Below are positions 26,375 to 38,747 of a stretch of 64,000 nt of DNA, in pieces. The stretch is from Podarcis tiliguerta (taxonomy: Eukaryota). The position numbers were made by a program, and so were the translations under genes. The first letter of the stretch is position 1, and every line of letters begins with the position of its first letter. The notes below the pieces were generated by a model. It was not told where the DNA came from and made no database searches. It was given only the letters and a program-made list of their open reading frames with translations. Where the stretch lies: the NCBI GenBank assembly GCA_965153285.1, contig OZ229122.1; one strand, written 5' to 3'.

Positions 26375-27459
26375 TTTTTTAAAAAAATTAATTTTTATTA
26401 ACCGACCAATCAAATCAAATCAAATCAAATCACATCACATAAATTTCGAATTACAAAGCCGAATTTTAAATTTTTGTTGAGGGGACCCATATTTCAAGTT
26501 CCAAAGGGGATTCCAATCATCTTCTTGCTGCTGCGTTAATATCCACAAATCTGTCCAAATAATGTCCATAATTCTATCCAGTCCTATCTTGCTGTTCTCA
26601 CATCTTGTTCGTATATTTTTCTTTTTTTCTTTATGATCTCTTCTGATAATCTCCTTAAGCAGGTAAACACCAGTTTTAATCCTGTGTGAATTTTCCGTTC
26701 GTCCAATCATCATATCGAGATGGTTTCCACATATCTTCACTTTTATAAATAAAAGCACTCTTTCCATCATCAGTCTCGCATCTGTCGCCTTCTTTAGTCC
26801 CTCTGAGGAGGCTCACCCACAATATGAAAACAGATCTATCCCTCCTCCCAGACATAATGGCGACACTATTTTTTGCTGCGTCATTCCAAAGCTCTTATAC
26901 TTTGCACAGTCTCCTTAAAACATGCTTTGGTTAGAAAATTATCTCCACAGTCTTAAATCCTCAGCTTAAGTCATTTAAACAGCAGTTCTGACTTGTGGGG
27001 GGGGATTCTTGGTTAATCACATAGAGAAAAGAAAGCCCCCCCCCAGTCCCGTTGCCCAACATACCGAGCCTTGGTGTGTCTTCTAATGACTTATTCCTGT
27101 TCCTCCGACCCGTCTTGTTTCTCAGAGATCTCTTTGGTAAGCAGTCTTTACTCCCCCTTCTTCCTTGAAATATGTGCATTAGCTTCCTCCTAATTGTTTC
27201 TTTTCAAGTTGCTGCAGCTAGAGGCGCGGATCAGAGACAGCGTCCAGGAGCGCCAAAGTCCGCACAAGGGCTTTCTGCCTAGTGCCCCACGCCCTCAAAT
27301 TCGGGGGTGGTATAGGGCACAGCAGGCAAGGGCAGTCCCACCCACCCACTGGGGGGGGCAGGAGGCTGTTTACTCCCATCACAGCCTCTTAATTACCTCG
27401 TGTGGGTCGGAGAGATGTTATTGTCAGCCATCTTCCGATGCGCCCCTAGTGGCCCCTCC
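26375..27459 (-). mobile_element. 1.1-kb polyA-tailed non-autonomous retroelement with an L1-like 5' end
   Basis: 18-bp TSD TCAGTAAATAAATTTCCT (26357-26374 / 27460-27477); AATAAA plus A tail; 5' GGAAGATGGCTGAC. Confidence 0.8.
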
Positions 27460-27812
27460 TCAGTAAATAAATTTCCTATTGCAAAGTGCAAGATGCTCTC
27501 AGCAAAACTACTAAAGCTCCTGATTTTACAAGCGTCAAACATGAAGAGATCTGATCTAGCTAAAGAAAAGGTTTGCAATTATGGATAAACTCTGAAATTA
27601 ACAGGAAATCCCATATGGCCTTTGGCACAATAGACTTGTGTGCTTAACTATGTGTTAACCCCAGACTAATCATTGGTTTGTCATGGTCTATCTACTAGTT
27701 AATATATTAATGTGAAAGATACTGCTTTATTTCTTTTTTCTAAAACTCTGCTATGTTTATATTAAAATAGATATTTGATACTTAATATTCAACACATTTA
27801 AGATTTCACTTA

Positions 27813-28012
27813 AAAAGGTAAAGGTACCCCTGCCCGTACGGGCCAGTCTTGACAAACTCTAGGGTTGTGCGCCCATCTCACTCAAAGAGGCCGGGGGCCA
27901 GCGCTGTCCGAAGACACTTCCGGGTCACGTGGTCAGCGTGACATCGCTGCTCTGGCGAGCTAGAGCCGCACACGGAAACGCCGTTTACCTTCCCGCTTAG
28001 TAAGCGGTCCCT
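27813..28012 (-). mobile_element. 5'-truncated Sauria SINE
   Basis: AAAGGTAAAGGTACCCCTGCCCGTACGGG is the reverse complement of the SINE tail. Confidence 0.88.
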
Positions 28013-28438
28013 AATCACAATTCCGTATTACTGAGACAGCAAACTTTAATAAATGGATTAATAAATAAGACCCTTGTATTAATGTTTCTGGAATTGAAAT
28101 TTTAAATCTAATTAATATAATTATTTGTATATTTCCTTGGGTGTTATTTACAGGAGAGAATTATAGCGGTGATATAAATATTTAACAAGCAACTAGTTAT
28201 ATGGGAATAAGCCAACTGAGCTTAATAGGATTTATGAGTAGATGTGTTTATAGGGACTGCACCATAAAGGGCAGGGGGCTAAACAAGCAAAACATCAAAA
28301 CACTTTTAGAACTCTATCATTTGAGTAGTGATTTCTTCTAAGCCTAGGACCACAAAACTTCAACAAGTTCTTACATCTTGGAAGTTTTAATCTAATTGCT
28401 ACCAGAGACAATGTGATCCCATCTGATAAAATTAACTT

Positions 28439-28777
28439 TAGGTAAAGGGACCCCTGACCATTTGGTCCATTCATGGCCGACTCTGGGGTTGCTGCACTCA
28501 TCTCGCTTTATTGGCTGAGGGAGCCGGCGTACAGCTTCCGGGTCATGTGGCCAGCATAACTAAGTGAACCAGAGCAGTGCACGGAAACGCCGTTTACCTT
28601 CCCGCCGGAGCGGTACCTATTTATCTACTTGCACTTTGACATGCTTTCGAACTGCTAGGCTGGCAGGAGCTGGGACTGAGCAACGGGAGCTCACCCCGTC
28701 ACGGGGATTCAAACCACCAACCTTCTGATCAGCAAGTCCTAGGCTCAGCGGTTTAACCCACAGCGCCACCCGCGTCC
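28439..28777 (-). mobile_element. Full-length Sauria SINE
   Basis: Head and tail present; TSD ATAA(A/G)ATTAACTT. Confidence 0.9.
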
Positions 28778-28853
28778 ATAAGATTAACTTAATTTGTCCT
28801 TAAAACTTCTGGATCCATTGCATATAAAATTGAGTGCTTGTTAAACAACAAAT

Positions 28854-29066
28854 AGGTAAAGGTAAAGGGACCCCTGACCATTAGGTCCAGTCGTGTCCGA
28901 CTCTGGGGTTGCGGCGCTCATCTTGCTTTATTGGCCGGGGGAGCCGGCGTAAAGCTTCCGGGTCATGTGGCCAGCATGACTAAGCCCCTTCTGGAGAACC
29001 AGAGCAGTGCATGGAAATGCCGTTTACCTTTCCGCCGGAGCGGTACCTATTTATCTAATTGCACTT
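28854..29066 (-). mobile_element. 5'-truncated Sauria SINE
   Basis: Similar to the 3' half of the 28439 copy. Confidence 0.85.
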
Positions 29067-29083
29067 ATAATAACAAATATAAA

Positions 29084-29227
29084 NNNNNNNNNNNNNNNNN
29101 NNNNNNNNNNNNNNNNNNNNNNNNNNNNNNNNNNNNNNNNNNNNNNNNNNNNNNNNNNNNNNNNNNNNNNNNNNNNNNNNNNNNNNNNNNNNNNNNNNNN
29201 NNNNNNNNNNNNNNNNNNNNNNNNNNN
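29084..29227. other. Assembly gap (144 N)
   Basis: Run of N. Confidence 1.
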
Positions 29228-29559
29228 GACGAATGCCTCGCAAGACGGAAAACCCGCTAGACGAAAGGGTTTTCTGTTTTGGAGGTGCTTTGCAGGACAA
29301 ATTTCTCTATGGGCTTGCTTCGCAAGACGAAAATGTCTTGCGATTTTTTTTCGCTCCCCAACCCCTTTTTCAAAGGCACTAAGCTGCTAATAGCCTTTTA
29401 GCAGCTAATCCGCTAATCCCTTAAGCCTTTAATAGCTGCTAATAGCCGCTAAACCGCTAATAGCGCTAATCCGCTAATAGGGTTGCTTCGCAAGACGAAA
29501 AAAACGCTAGACGAAGAGACTCGCGGAACGGATTCTTTTCGTCTTGCGAGGCACCACTG
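29228..29559. mobile_element. Related MITE, left end lost in an assembly gap
   Basis: GCAAGACG repeats and GAGGCACCACTG|TA end. Confidence 0.85.
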
Positions 29560-30123
29560 TATTGTACTGTATTGTATTGTATTGTATTATATTATATTAT
29601 CATATCATATCATATTATAATTAACAACAAATAACATCAGTCCAAATATGAAAAGTGGTTTTGGGGGTTTTATTTTTGAGCAACATACCTGTGCTTTTCC
29701 AGCATCCTGAGCTTGATCTATTATTCAAGCTACTTTCATCCCATCTGTTCAATATTTCTAAGTTTTTAGTTTCAGATTTTCTGAACAGAAAAAACATGCA
29801 GTAGCTAGAGCCACAAGATGGAGCACTTTAACTGCTAATACAAAATACTAGTAGTATAAATAAAAAAACTGATTTATAGAGTATACATCAAACTTCTTTG
29901 AGCATGTTTTCAGTACACATCGTCTATTTATTTATAAATGTACTGATAAAAAAGCTTGGTAATGCACCAACATTATGCATATATGTTTATTTTTAAACGT
30001 TATGTTAAAAATTCTACAAAAAGCTTTTTTTAAAAATCATCAAATCAAAGTTCAGAAACAGTATAAAAGACTGAAAACCAAAACAAAACCAGTTCTTTAA
30101 AATTTAGAACATTTTCCTTGAGG

Positions 30124-30394
30124 AGAAGAAGAAGAAGAAGAGGAGGAGGAGGAGGAGTTTGGATTTGATATCCCGCCTTTCACTCCCTTTAAGGAGTCTC
30201 AAAGCGGCTAACATTCTCCTTTCCCTTCCTCCCCCACAACAAACACTCTGTGAGGTGAGTGGGGCTGAGAGACTTCAGAGAAGTGTGACTGGCCCAAGGT
30301 CACCCAGCAGCTGCAGGTGGAGGAGCGGAGACGTGAACCCGGTTCCCCAGATTACGAGACTACCACTCTTAACCACTACACCACCCTGGCTCTC
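30124..30394 (-). mobile_element. tRNA-derived squamate SINE with CORE/L2-like body and (CTT/CCT)n tail
   Basis: Minus strand GGTGTAGTGGTTAAGAG A-box, GGTTCACGTC B-box-like, GGGTGACCTTGGGC core. Confidence 0.8.
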
Positions 30395-31392
30395 GAGAAA
30401 AGAAATATAATTAGAAAGTTCTTATGACAATACTCAAGGAAAAATATATTAGAAGTGTTGTAATGTGTTTTTGAAACCACTTTGAATATACAGAGATTTT
30501 GAACAGATCTTACACTTTCTCTCTAGAAATACCAACATGCTTTTTATATTTATTCACGGTCCACAGTATACTACTTACTGACCTGGCTCACATGTAATGC
30601 TAAGATAAACCATGGTTTACAACTAGCTGCTTCTCTGGAGGAGATAAATGATGAGCCTGGGTTCAGATGACAGGTAAGGCAAACCATGACTTACCTGACA
30701 GCAATACAGCATGACTAGTGGAACACATTGGCTGCAATCTGTTCTCTGGGAACCTGTACGTCTGTGGGAAGTCATGGTTTGGCTTAGTTTATGTGTGAAC
30801 TGAGCCACAGTACAGTATAGCACATGATATAAGGCAGTAATTGTCAGAGGGGTTTCAAACCTGATGCATGATTTTACACTAAACTTAAAACAATTCAGGT
30901 GACCGTGTGTAAGAAAGTATTTCTTATAAGTTTTTGTTTATTTGAGTGTATATAGCAATATAAGGTAGAGGAAAACAAGGACTGACTGATTTGATTTGGG
31001 TGGTTTGGGAAGGGAAGCAGCTATAGCTCAATGTTTCCCAGTCTGCAAAAAGTTTCTGTAAACTCAATTACTTAGAAGAAAAGTAGAGTTAATGTGGCAG
31101 GGAATTGTTATACCTGACATAAAGATATATTGAATGTATATGTTGTTCATGAAGATGTCAGTCAGGATATTTATAAATTTACTTAAATTTGTGTACAACC
31201 CTTCAATTGAAGATCAAAAAACAAAATGAGAACACAAAATACACAATAAAAAAGCAAATAGATAACCCACTTCCCATGGTTGTAGGATGTTATTCAGCCA
31301 AAGGCCTGGTTATAGAGAAACATTTCCACATGGCTTCTAGAGATACTGGTATGTAATGAAGGCCTACCAGTCAAGCCTCCCATTTACAATTA

Positions 31393-31524
31393 CCGTATTT
31401 TTCGCCCTATAGGACGTACTTTTTCCCCTCCAAAAATGAAGGAGAAATCTGGGTGCGTCCTATGGATTTGGGTTAATTTTGGGTTAAAAAAAATAAGGGT
31501 CATCTTATACACAGAAAAATACGG
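31393..31524. mobile_element. Short Tc1/mariner MITE
   Basis: TA|CCGTATTTTTC...GAAAAATACGG|TA. Confidence 0.8.
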
Positions 31525-31609
31525 TATGTGGGGGGATGAGCTCTTAGGCAACTATTTACAAAAAGGCAGCAGTCTACTTGTCCTGATAACCATAAACCAG
31601 GGAAGGAAA

Positions 31610-33280
31610 TCACAGAATTAATGAGTTGGGAGTCACCTACTAGTCCAACCCGCTATCAGTGCAGGATATGCAATCCAAGATTGCATTATTATTATTATTT
31701 TACTTGTCCATATGACTGGGTTGCCGAAGCCTGACAGATGCCTGTTGAATCTCTGTTCAAATATTTTAAAACTTTCAGGAGAGGTAACCACCTCATGCAG
31801 CAGTTTCACTGTCAAGCAGCTCTTACCTTTAAGTTCCTTCTAATCTTTAGCCAAAATCTACTTCCCTGCAATTTCCACCTATTATATTCTATTCCTATGC
31901 AAAAGCCTTTGACTGTGTCGACCACAGCAAACTATGACAAGTTCTTAAAGAAATGGGAGTGCCTGATCACCTCATTTGTCTCCTGAGAAATCTCTATGTG
32001 GGACAAGAAGCTACAGTTAGAACTGGATATGGAACAACGGATTGGTTCAAAATTGGGAAAGGAGTACGACAAGGCTGCATACTGTCTCCCTGCTTTTTTA
32101 ACTTATATGCAGAATTCATCATGCAAAAGGCTGAGCTGGATGGATCCCAAGCCAGAATTAAGATTGCCGGAAGAAATATCAATAACCTCAGATGACGCAA
32201 CCTTGTTGGCAGAAAGTGAGGAGGAATCAAAGAACCTTTTAATGAGGGTGAAAGAGGAGAGCGCAAAATATGGTCTGAAGCTCAACATCAAAAAAAATGA
32301 AGATCATGGCCACTGGTCCCATCACCTCCTGGCAAATAGAAGGGGAAGAAATAGAGGCAGTGAGAGATTTTACTTTCTTGGGCTCCATGATCACTGCAGA
32401 TGGTGACAGCAGTCACGAAATTAAAAGACGCCTGCATCTTGGGAGAAAAGCAATGACAAACCTAGACAGCATCTTAAAAAGCAGAGACCTTGCCAACAAA
32501 GGTCTGTATAGTTAAAGCTATGGTTTTCCTAGTAGTGATATATGGAAGTGAGAGCTGGACCATAAAGAAGGCTGATTGCCGAAGAATTGATGCTTTTGAA
32601 TTCTGGTGCTGGAGGAAACTCTTGAGAGTCCCATGGACTGCAAGAAGATCAAACCTATCCATTCTGAAGGAAATCAGCCCTGAGTGCTCACTGGAAGGAC
32701 AGATCGTGAAGCTGAGGCTCCAATACTTTGGCTACCTCATAAGAAGAGGAGACTCCCTGGGAAAGACCCTGATGTTGGGAAAGATGGAGGGCACACAAGG
32801 AGAAGGGGACGACAGAGGATGAGATGGTTGGACAGTGTTCTTGAAGCTGCCAGCATGAGTTTGACCATACTGCGGGAGGCAGTGGAAGACAGGAGTGCCT
32901 GGCATGCTCTGGTCCACGGGATCACGAAGAGTCGGACACAACTAAACAATAACAACATTATATTCCTGTCCTTTGAAGCACCAGAAAACAAATATTTTCA
33001 ATCTTCTGTTGTAACAGCCCTTGAGAGATTTGAGGACTGCTATCATGTTCCTCCTTAAATTTCTCTTGTCCATGCTAAACATGTCAGCTGTTTCTCATAG
33101 GACTTGGTTTCCAGCCCCCCACCCCCATCCTGATCACCCTTCTCTGGACCAGCTCCAGTTGGGTAAATGTCCTTAAAATGTGGCATCCAAAACTAGACAC
33201 AGTACTCCAGAAGCAACCCAACTAGCATAAATGGAGTGCAACTATTATGATTTGGCCACAATCTGCCCATTAATGCAGTA
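31610..33280 (-). mobile_element. Old CR1 3' fragment split by BovB (CR1 parts ~31610-31880 and ~32960-33280)
   Basis: Degenerate colinear similarity to 6810-7400 on both sides of the BovB. Confidence 0.65.
31895..32957 (+). mobile_element. BovB (RTE) LINE 3' ~1 kb, frameshifted
   Basis: GVRQGCILSP.FNLYAE, IAGRNINNLR, IDAFE.WCWR.LLRVPWTARRSN; (CAA)-type tail. Confidence 0.95.
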
Positions 33281-33295
33281 TAAGTTTTTCACGTT

Positions 33296-33427
33296 ACAGG
33301 TAGGTAGCCGTGTTGGTCTGCCATAGTCGAAACAAAATAAAAAAATTGCTTCCAGTAGCACCTTAGAGACCAACTAAGTTTATTGTTGGTATGAGCTTCC
33401 ATGTGCATGCACACTTCTTCAGATACC
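33296..33427 (-). mobile_element. Penelope-like/retrozyme repeat fragment with a minimal hammerhead ribozyme motif (33388-33427)
   Basis: Minus strand GGTAT-CTGAAGA-AGTGTGCATGCACAT-GGAA-GC-TC-ATACC. Confidence 0.7.
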
Positions 33428-34049
33428 AACTTTTTCAAGTCATGCTTTAGCTTATGATTAGCTAAGACACACACTGTCTTCATTTACATAATGCTAAATC
33501 AAGGTGTGATATGTTTAAACACAAGCTCTAGCATTCCTCTATTTGTCCACCCAAGAGCAACACAACCATGAACTTGGCTTAGCCGGATATCCAAATCAGT
33601 GTTTGTGGTTTGTTTCTCTCCAAACCACAATGTAAAGCCAAGGTTTGTTCTTGGGTTTCTGAGACTTGTGGGTATAGGGTGGTATAAAAATTTAATAAAT
33701 CACCTTCCTTTCTTGTTATTGCTTCAAATACAGTATAGTGCTTTCTTAGCATTTCTAACAAGAATCAGGTCTTGGTAGGTTTATTGTACCCATTCTTTGT
33801 TATCTGGCCCACCACTTTCAATTATATACTGCTCTGAGATTTTCAGATGAAGGGTGGTATATTAATTTAATAAATCAGAAATATATTGCTTTTTAAGCCT
33901 TGACTTCTTGAGAGATCCTCCTCTCTTTTGAAATAGTTTGCACCCACACTTCCACCATTTCACTGTTCAGAATCCCCAAGTCCCCGTTTTCTCTCTCATG
34001 GCATCCTCCTCACCATCACGAACAACTGCGGGAGTATTTTTGGGAGGAA

Positions 34050-34900
34050 GTTGGGGAAATACATATGGGAGCAGTTACGTTTTGCACTAAACAAACGCGA
34101 GTAAATGCCTGCGCGCTCGCCTCCTATAGTTATAAATGCCAGAAACCTTAATTCGAAAACAAAAAAAGATGGCAATCTCAGGATCGGGGCGCACGATGCG
34201 CACTTTCTGCGCATTTTGAGGAGAACCTGATACGCACGGAGCGCGCGTCAACAGGAGGGCTGGCTTCGCCCGAAGCCCCTCTGGGCCAGATGGAAGCGCC
34301 TCCCCCGCCGGCCCCTCACCTGAGGCGAGGCCCTGCAGCACCGAGAGCGCCACGACCAGCAGCGGCGCGCAGAGGAAGGTGCGAGGCGGCGGCGCGAGCC
34401 TCCTCCGCCGCAGGCGCCGCATTTCCCCCGCCGGAAAAGGCGCCTCCTGCTGCCGCTCGCGCTCTTTCCCAGCCGGGGCGGGAGCGCAGCGAGGTCGTTA
34501 ACCGCCGGCCTTCGACTCCCTCGTCACAATGGCCGCGGGAGGCGCCGCCGAAGGAGAAGAACCACCGCCGCGCGCCTCGGGGTTCCGCGCAGCCGCGGAG
34601 CATTGGCGGACTTTCCGCCTCGCGCCCCGCCCTCTTTCCGAGCGCCGCTGTTTCCCACGCGCCACGACTTTAAGCGCGCGCTGGCCTTGGATTGGTCGGC
34701 TCCGGCGGGGGGGGGGCAGGGCGGCAGAGGCGCCTCAGAAGGTTCCGCTCGGGCCTCCGGCGGCTGCGCCCCAAGCAAATGCCTTGCGGTCTTCTTGAAG
34801 GGCAGCATATCAACTGAATGGAGGAGGATATTGGGGGGGGGGACCCCTGGATCCAGCAAGTGTTAAAATATAAGCCGGGTGATGGCCTGGGTGGTGGGCC
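34050..34900. promoter_or_regulatory. CpG island / ZPBP promoter, possibly bidirectional with SPATA48
   Basis: Dense CpG, GC boxes and ATTGG (CCAAT) at ~34602 and ~34691; lies between divergent genes. Confidence 0.75.
34320..34422 (-). CDS. ZPBP: ZPBP coding exon 1 (signal peptide: MRRLRRRRLAPPPRTFLCAPLLVVALSVLQGLAS)
   Basis: ATG at 34422 inside the CpG island; Arg-rich then hydrophobic N-terminus like ZPBP; G|GTGAG donor, phase 1, compatible with the next exon. Confidence 0.8.
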
Positions 34901-36577
34901 GTTAAGGGAAGAAAGGAAGGGCTCTTTGCAGATACCCTCCCTCAACTGTTAGTTAAAAAGGACAAAAAGAAGACGGAAGGGCAGAGGAGAGTGATGTGAA
35001 CAGCAGGCTAGGAAACCGTAGAGCAAGAAGTGAGGGAACCACGAATCCCAGGCTGCAGCCATGGGGGAAGCAAGACTCTTGGGGGTGTTAATGCTGTCAG
35101 CCCCTCCATCGTAGACTCAGGTTGTATACAGCGGACACAAGTTGTGAACGTGATCTGTGTGGGAGGCACATTCGCAATGTGCTGCATCTGCACACACGCA
35201 GGTTGCGATCCAGTGCTTCTGTGCACCCGCAACGCGCGATTTAGCACTTCTGCTCATGCACGAGCGCCGAAACCCAAAAGTAACCTGTTCCGGTACTTCC
35301 AGGTTTGGCACGGTGCACAACCCGAAAACGCACAACCTGAACCGTCCGAGGTATGACTGTATATGCATAAATAAGTCTTATGTCATAAAGACACCACCGT
35401 GTCTGCTGTACAAAAGGAAACACAAACCCTGGATGAGTGCCTGGAACCTCGCACTGCTCAGAGATTTGGAGTGGCGTGCAACACGGGGGCTAGAAGTGGG
35501 GTCCGTGTTTTCTGGAGGAGGGCCTGTGAGCAAAGTGTGCCTGAATCAAGATGGAGGGAGGAATAGCAACACTCCTTGAGCAGCTTGAGACAATAGAGCA
35601 ACGGCCGAGCCAGTGGTTTGAGCAAATGACCCTGTGGCAGAGCCAGCATTTTGGTAGAGTGTAGCAGCTGCAAGCAGAGTGTGTAAGAAGCCTTCTTGGA
35701 AAGAAGGAATTCATTAGCTTTTAAACAATCATCCATGTAACCTTATTTTGCTAAGTGCCTGAGCTTAAAAGCCTGCCTGAAAGTTAAGTCCTCTGTCCTG
35801 CAAGACTTTCTCTTTCATCGAGATATGCCAGGGGCAACTGAGGGCTCACCCACACTTCCACTGGTCCTGTGTTCTCCACCACTTGTGCCGCCGCCGCTTT
35901 CCCCCAGAAAACCCACTGTTTACTGTTGAAACACAGCAAACATCAATCGGGTTTCCTGCATATGATGTTTGCTCCGATTCAGCAGTAAGCAGCAGGTTTT
36001 CCCAGGGGAAATGATGCAGTGAGCAGTAAACCTCTCAGACCAGTGCCTAGAAAGCACAGGCAAATGGAGGTGTGGGCAAGCAGGAGCAGGGGACTTTGGA
36101 CCCTTTGGATGATGCTGAGCTGTGTCAGCCGTCCGCCTCAGCCTGTGTGGCCAATGACCAGGGATGAGTTGCAGTCCCACAGTGGGGTGGGTAGGGGACA
36201 ACAAAAGTTCCCCATGCCCAGATACTGCTCTAATAGTCGCTGCATTCACTCACCACCTAACAGTTCTGCGATCCAGAATCGGAAATGGAATGTCGGTTTA
36301 GATACTGAACAGTGCCATAAAAACAACTTATCAGTCAAATGTTAATCGCCGGGATGTTATAAACAGATGTACCAGTCATCTGCTGTCATATTATATTCTT
36401 TTTTAATTGCCTTGTTTATATGTTAATTAAATAAAATTTATTATCTTTTTTAAAAGAGAAGGTCCTGCTTGCAGGCTTCCATAGACATCTGGTTGGCCAC
36501 TGAAAATAGGATGCTGAACTAGGTGGGCCTTTGGCCTGATCCATTAGATCTCTTCTTATATTATTAAAAAGAGTACA

Positions 36578-36803
36578 CAGTGGTACCTCGGGTTACATAC
36601 TTAATTCATTCCGGAGGTCTCTTCTTAACCTGAAACTGTTCTTAACCTGAAGCACCACTTTAGCTAATGGGGCCTCCCGCTGCTGCTGCGCTGCTGGAGC
36701 ACGACTTCTGTTCTCATCCTGAAGCAAAGTTCTTAACCCGAGGTATTATTTCTGGGTTAGTGGAGTATGTAACCTGAAGCATATGTAACCCGAGGTACCA
36801 CTG
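36578..36803. mobile_element. Tigger-like MITE
   Basis: CAGTGGTACCTCGGGTTACATA...TATGTAACCCGAGGTACCACTG 22-bp TIR. Confidence 0.9.
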
Positions 36804-38747
36804 TACAATATATTTTTTTAAGCACACTTGGGTTTTTTTGAGGGGCGGTGCAAGTAATATTAATCTTTTAGCTTTTTTATTAAATCTGTTATCAAACTTA
36901 TCAGGTAAAAGATGTGTTTCACAGTTGATTTGGGAGCAGTATAAAGGAATTTGGTCAGCTTTTTTTTTTTAATTAAAAAAAATCATTTTATAAGATTGTG
37001 TAGGAAAGTGGAATTGGAGAGGAAGAGGTGGATCCAGCAACAGAACACTGTAGTACTGTGGAATGTTCTTGTTTACTCTTCTAATCAGGTCTGCCCTGTC
37101 CTCTACTGTACTGTAATCCTTTACCCACCTTTTTCCAATTCATACCCCAAGAGTCAGTCACAACATCCTGTGGAGTGCGCTCAGTTATGCCTGGGCTCTT
37201 TTGGGGGATGGAAGGGGGTTCCTCCTTTAGAATATTGTCCTCTAAAGCTTCTTTGGACTTCTGCAAACCTTGACATTCCCTCCACATCCGCTGGTACCTT
37301 CCTCTTGTATGAGGATATTGTTGTTTTGGCGATGTAAGCATTGGTACTCGCATCTACAAGATGGACCTGCAACAAAATGTTGTTGTGTAGAGTGCTTCTG
37401 TTCAGGAGACTCTCTTCTCCCTAGTTTTCTGTCTACCCCACACACATTCAGCAGTCCATGCACACTGAACCAAAGTCTCATTGGGCTATTTTGAAGGGGT
37501 TCTGTTAGGATTTTTTCTAAAGTTTTTATTTTGTACTTCTGCAAATCTTGGGCTTCCCCAGCACCCGTGTGTGTGTGTGTGTGAGACCATTTTTTTTTAC
37601 TACGTAAGGATAGGCACTTGAAAAAATGAGTCTGTGAGTCTAGTATTAGCATACTAAATGTGGTGGTGGGTTAGAAAGAGGGAAAGCTTTGCAATTCATT
37701 TTTCATTTATCTTCACAGTAATCTTTTGAAAAGAGATAAACAAACATTCCCAAAGCACCAGAGGGCTCTAGTACACTTCCTTCGCTGACCTTATAAAAGG
37801 TGACCCCCAAACATTACCGCTCAGGAAGATGAGGAAGGCCAAACTCTAATATTGTTACAAAAGTCCCTCTTGTTACAAGCCTGCCCCTCTCTCTGCCAAG
37901 TGGTGGCGAGAGCCCATGGGGTCTGTGTCCCTTTGGAGAACAGAAGACACGGTGGAGACTGTCTGGCTTTAAGAAATATGGTTTATTCAGTCTGCATGGA
38001 GGAAGTCCAGATCTTATGGCATAGTCATTTCACGAGGTAGCAGCGCAGGCTGCCTGCAGCCAGCCTCCAAAGATGAATCTGCTCCTCTTCCCCCTTCTTC
38101 TTCCCAGAAACCCCTTGTCCTCCATCAGAGCAGTTACCCTGGCAACCTCCCAAATCCCCAGTCTCTGTTCACACCTGGTGGAAGGAGTTCCCTTGTATTG
38201 TTCTTGTTCCTCAATTATTCCTTGATCACTGTAGCTCAGGAATTCCTTTGCAGCTTGCATTCTCCCATCATATCACAAACAACCCAAATCCTAGCATTTA
38301 TTAATTTCTAGGGCTTACCCTAAATCTATAACACTATATAAGGTGATTATTTTGAACTTTGATGTTTGACAATCTAAATCTTTAATACATTTTAAAACAT
38401 TGCAGTAGGGAAGAAAAAAGCATATAAATTATTTGTGAAGCAGAGAAAACGATTGCTTCATTCATAGATCAGAAAGATCACTGCCTTTTCTCCTGGATCC
38501 AAATCCCTAAGAAATGCATCACTACAACTTCATTGTGTGCTCATGTTCTACTGTCACTAAGCAACAAAGAGACTCTTCTCATTTGACAAGAAGTGTTGAC
38601 TTCTCATTTGACAAGTGTTTTCTTCCATAAGTTGGAAAGGTTTTTGGTTGTGTCGGTGTGCTGTTAGTTTCCGTGTGAGTTCCTGGACAGGATTAGAAAA
38701 CAATCAAGACTCTAATATCTCTACTTGGAAACAATACAAAAATAATT

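Noticed and set aside
28931-29390. ORFs containing X runs
   Set aside because: Artefacts of translating through the N gap.
34290-34945. Several overlapping Ala/Arg/Pro-rich ORFs
   Set aside because: Expected in a stop-poor CpG island; only 34320-34422 has splice and homology support.
37900-38277. LTR-like segment (minus-strand AATAAACCATATTT, ends ...TCACA)
   Set aside because: Could not define both termini or a TSD, so it is not listed as a feature.
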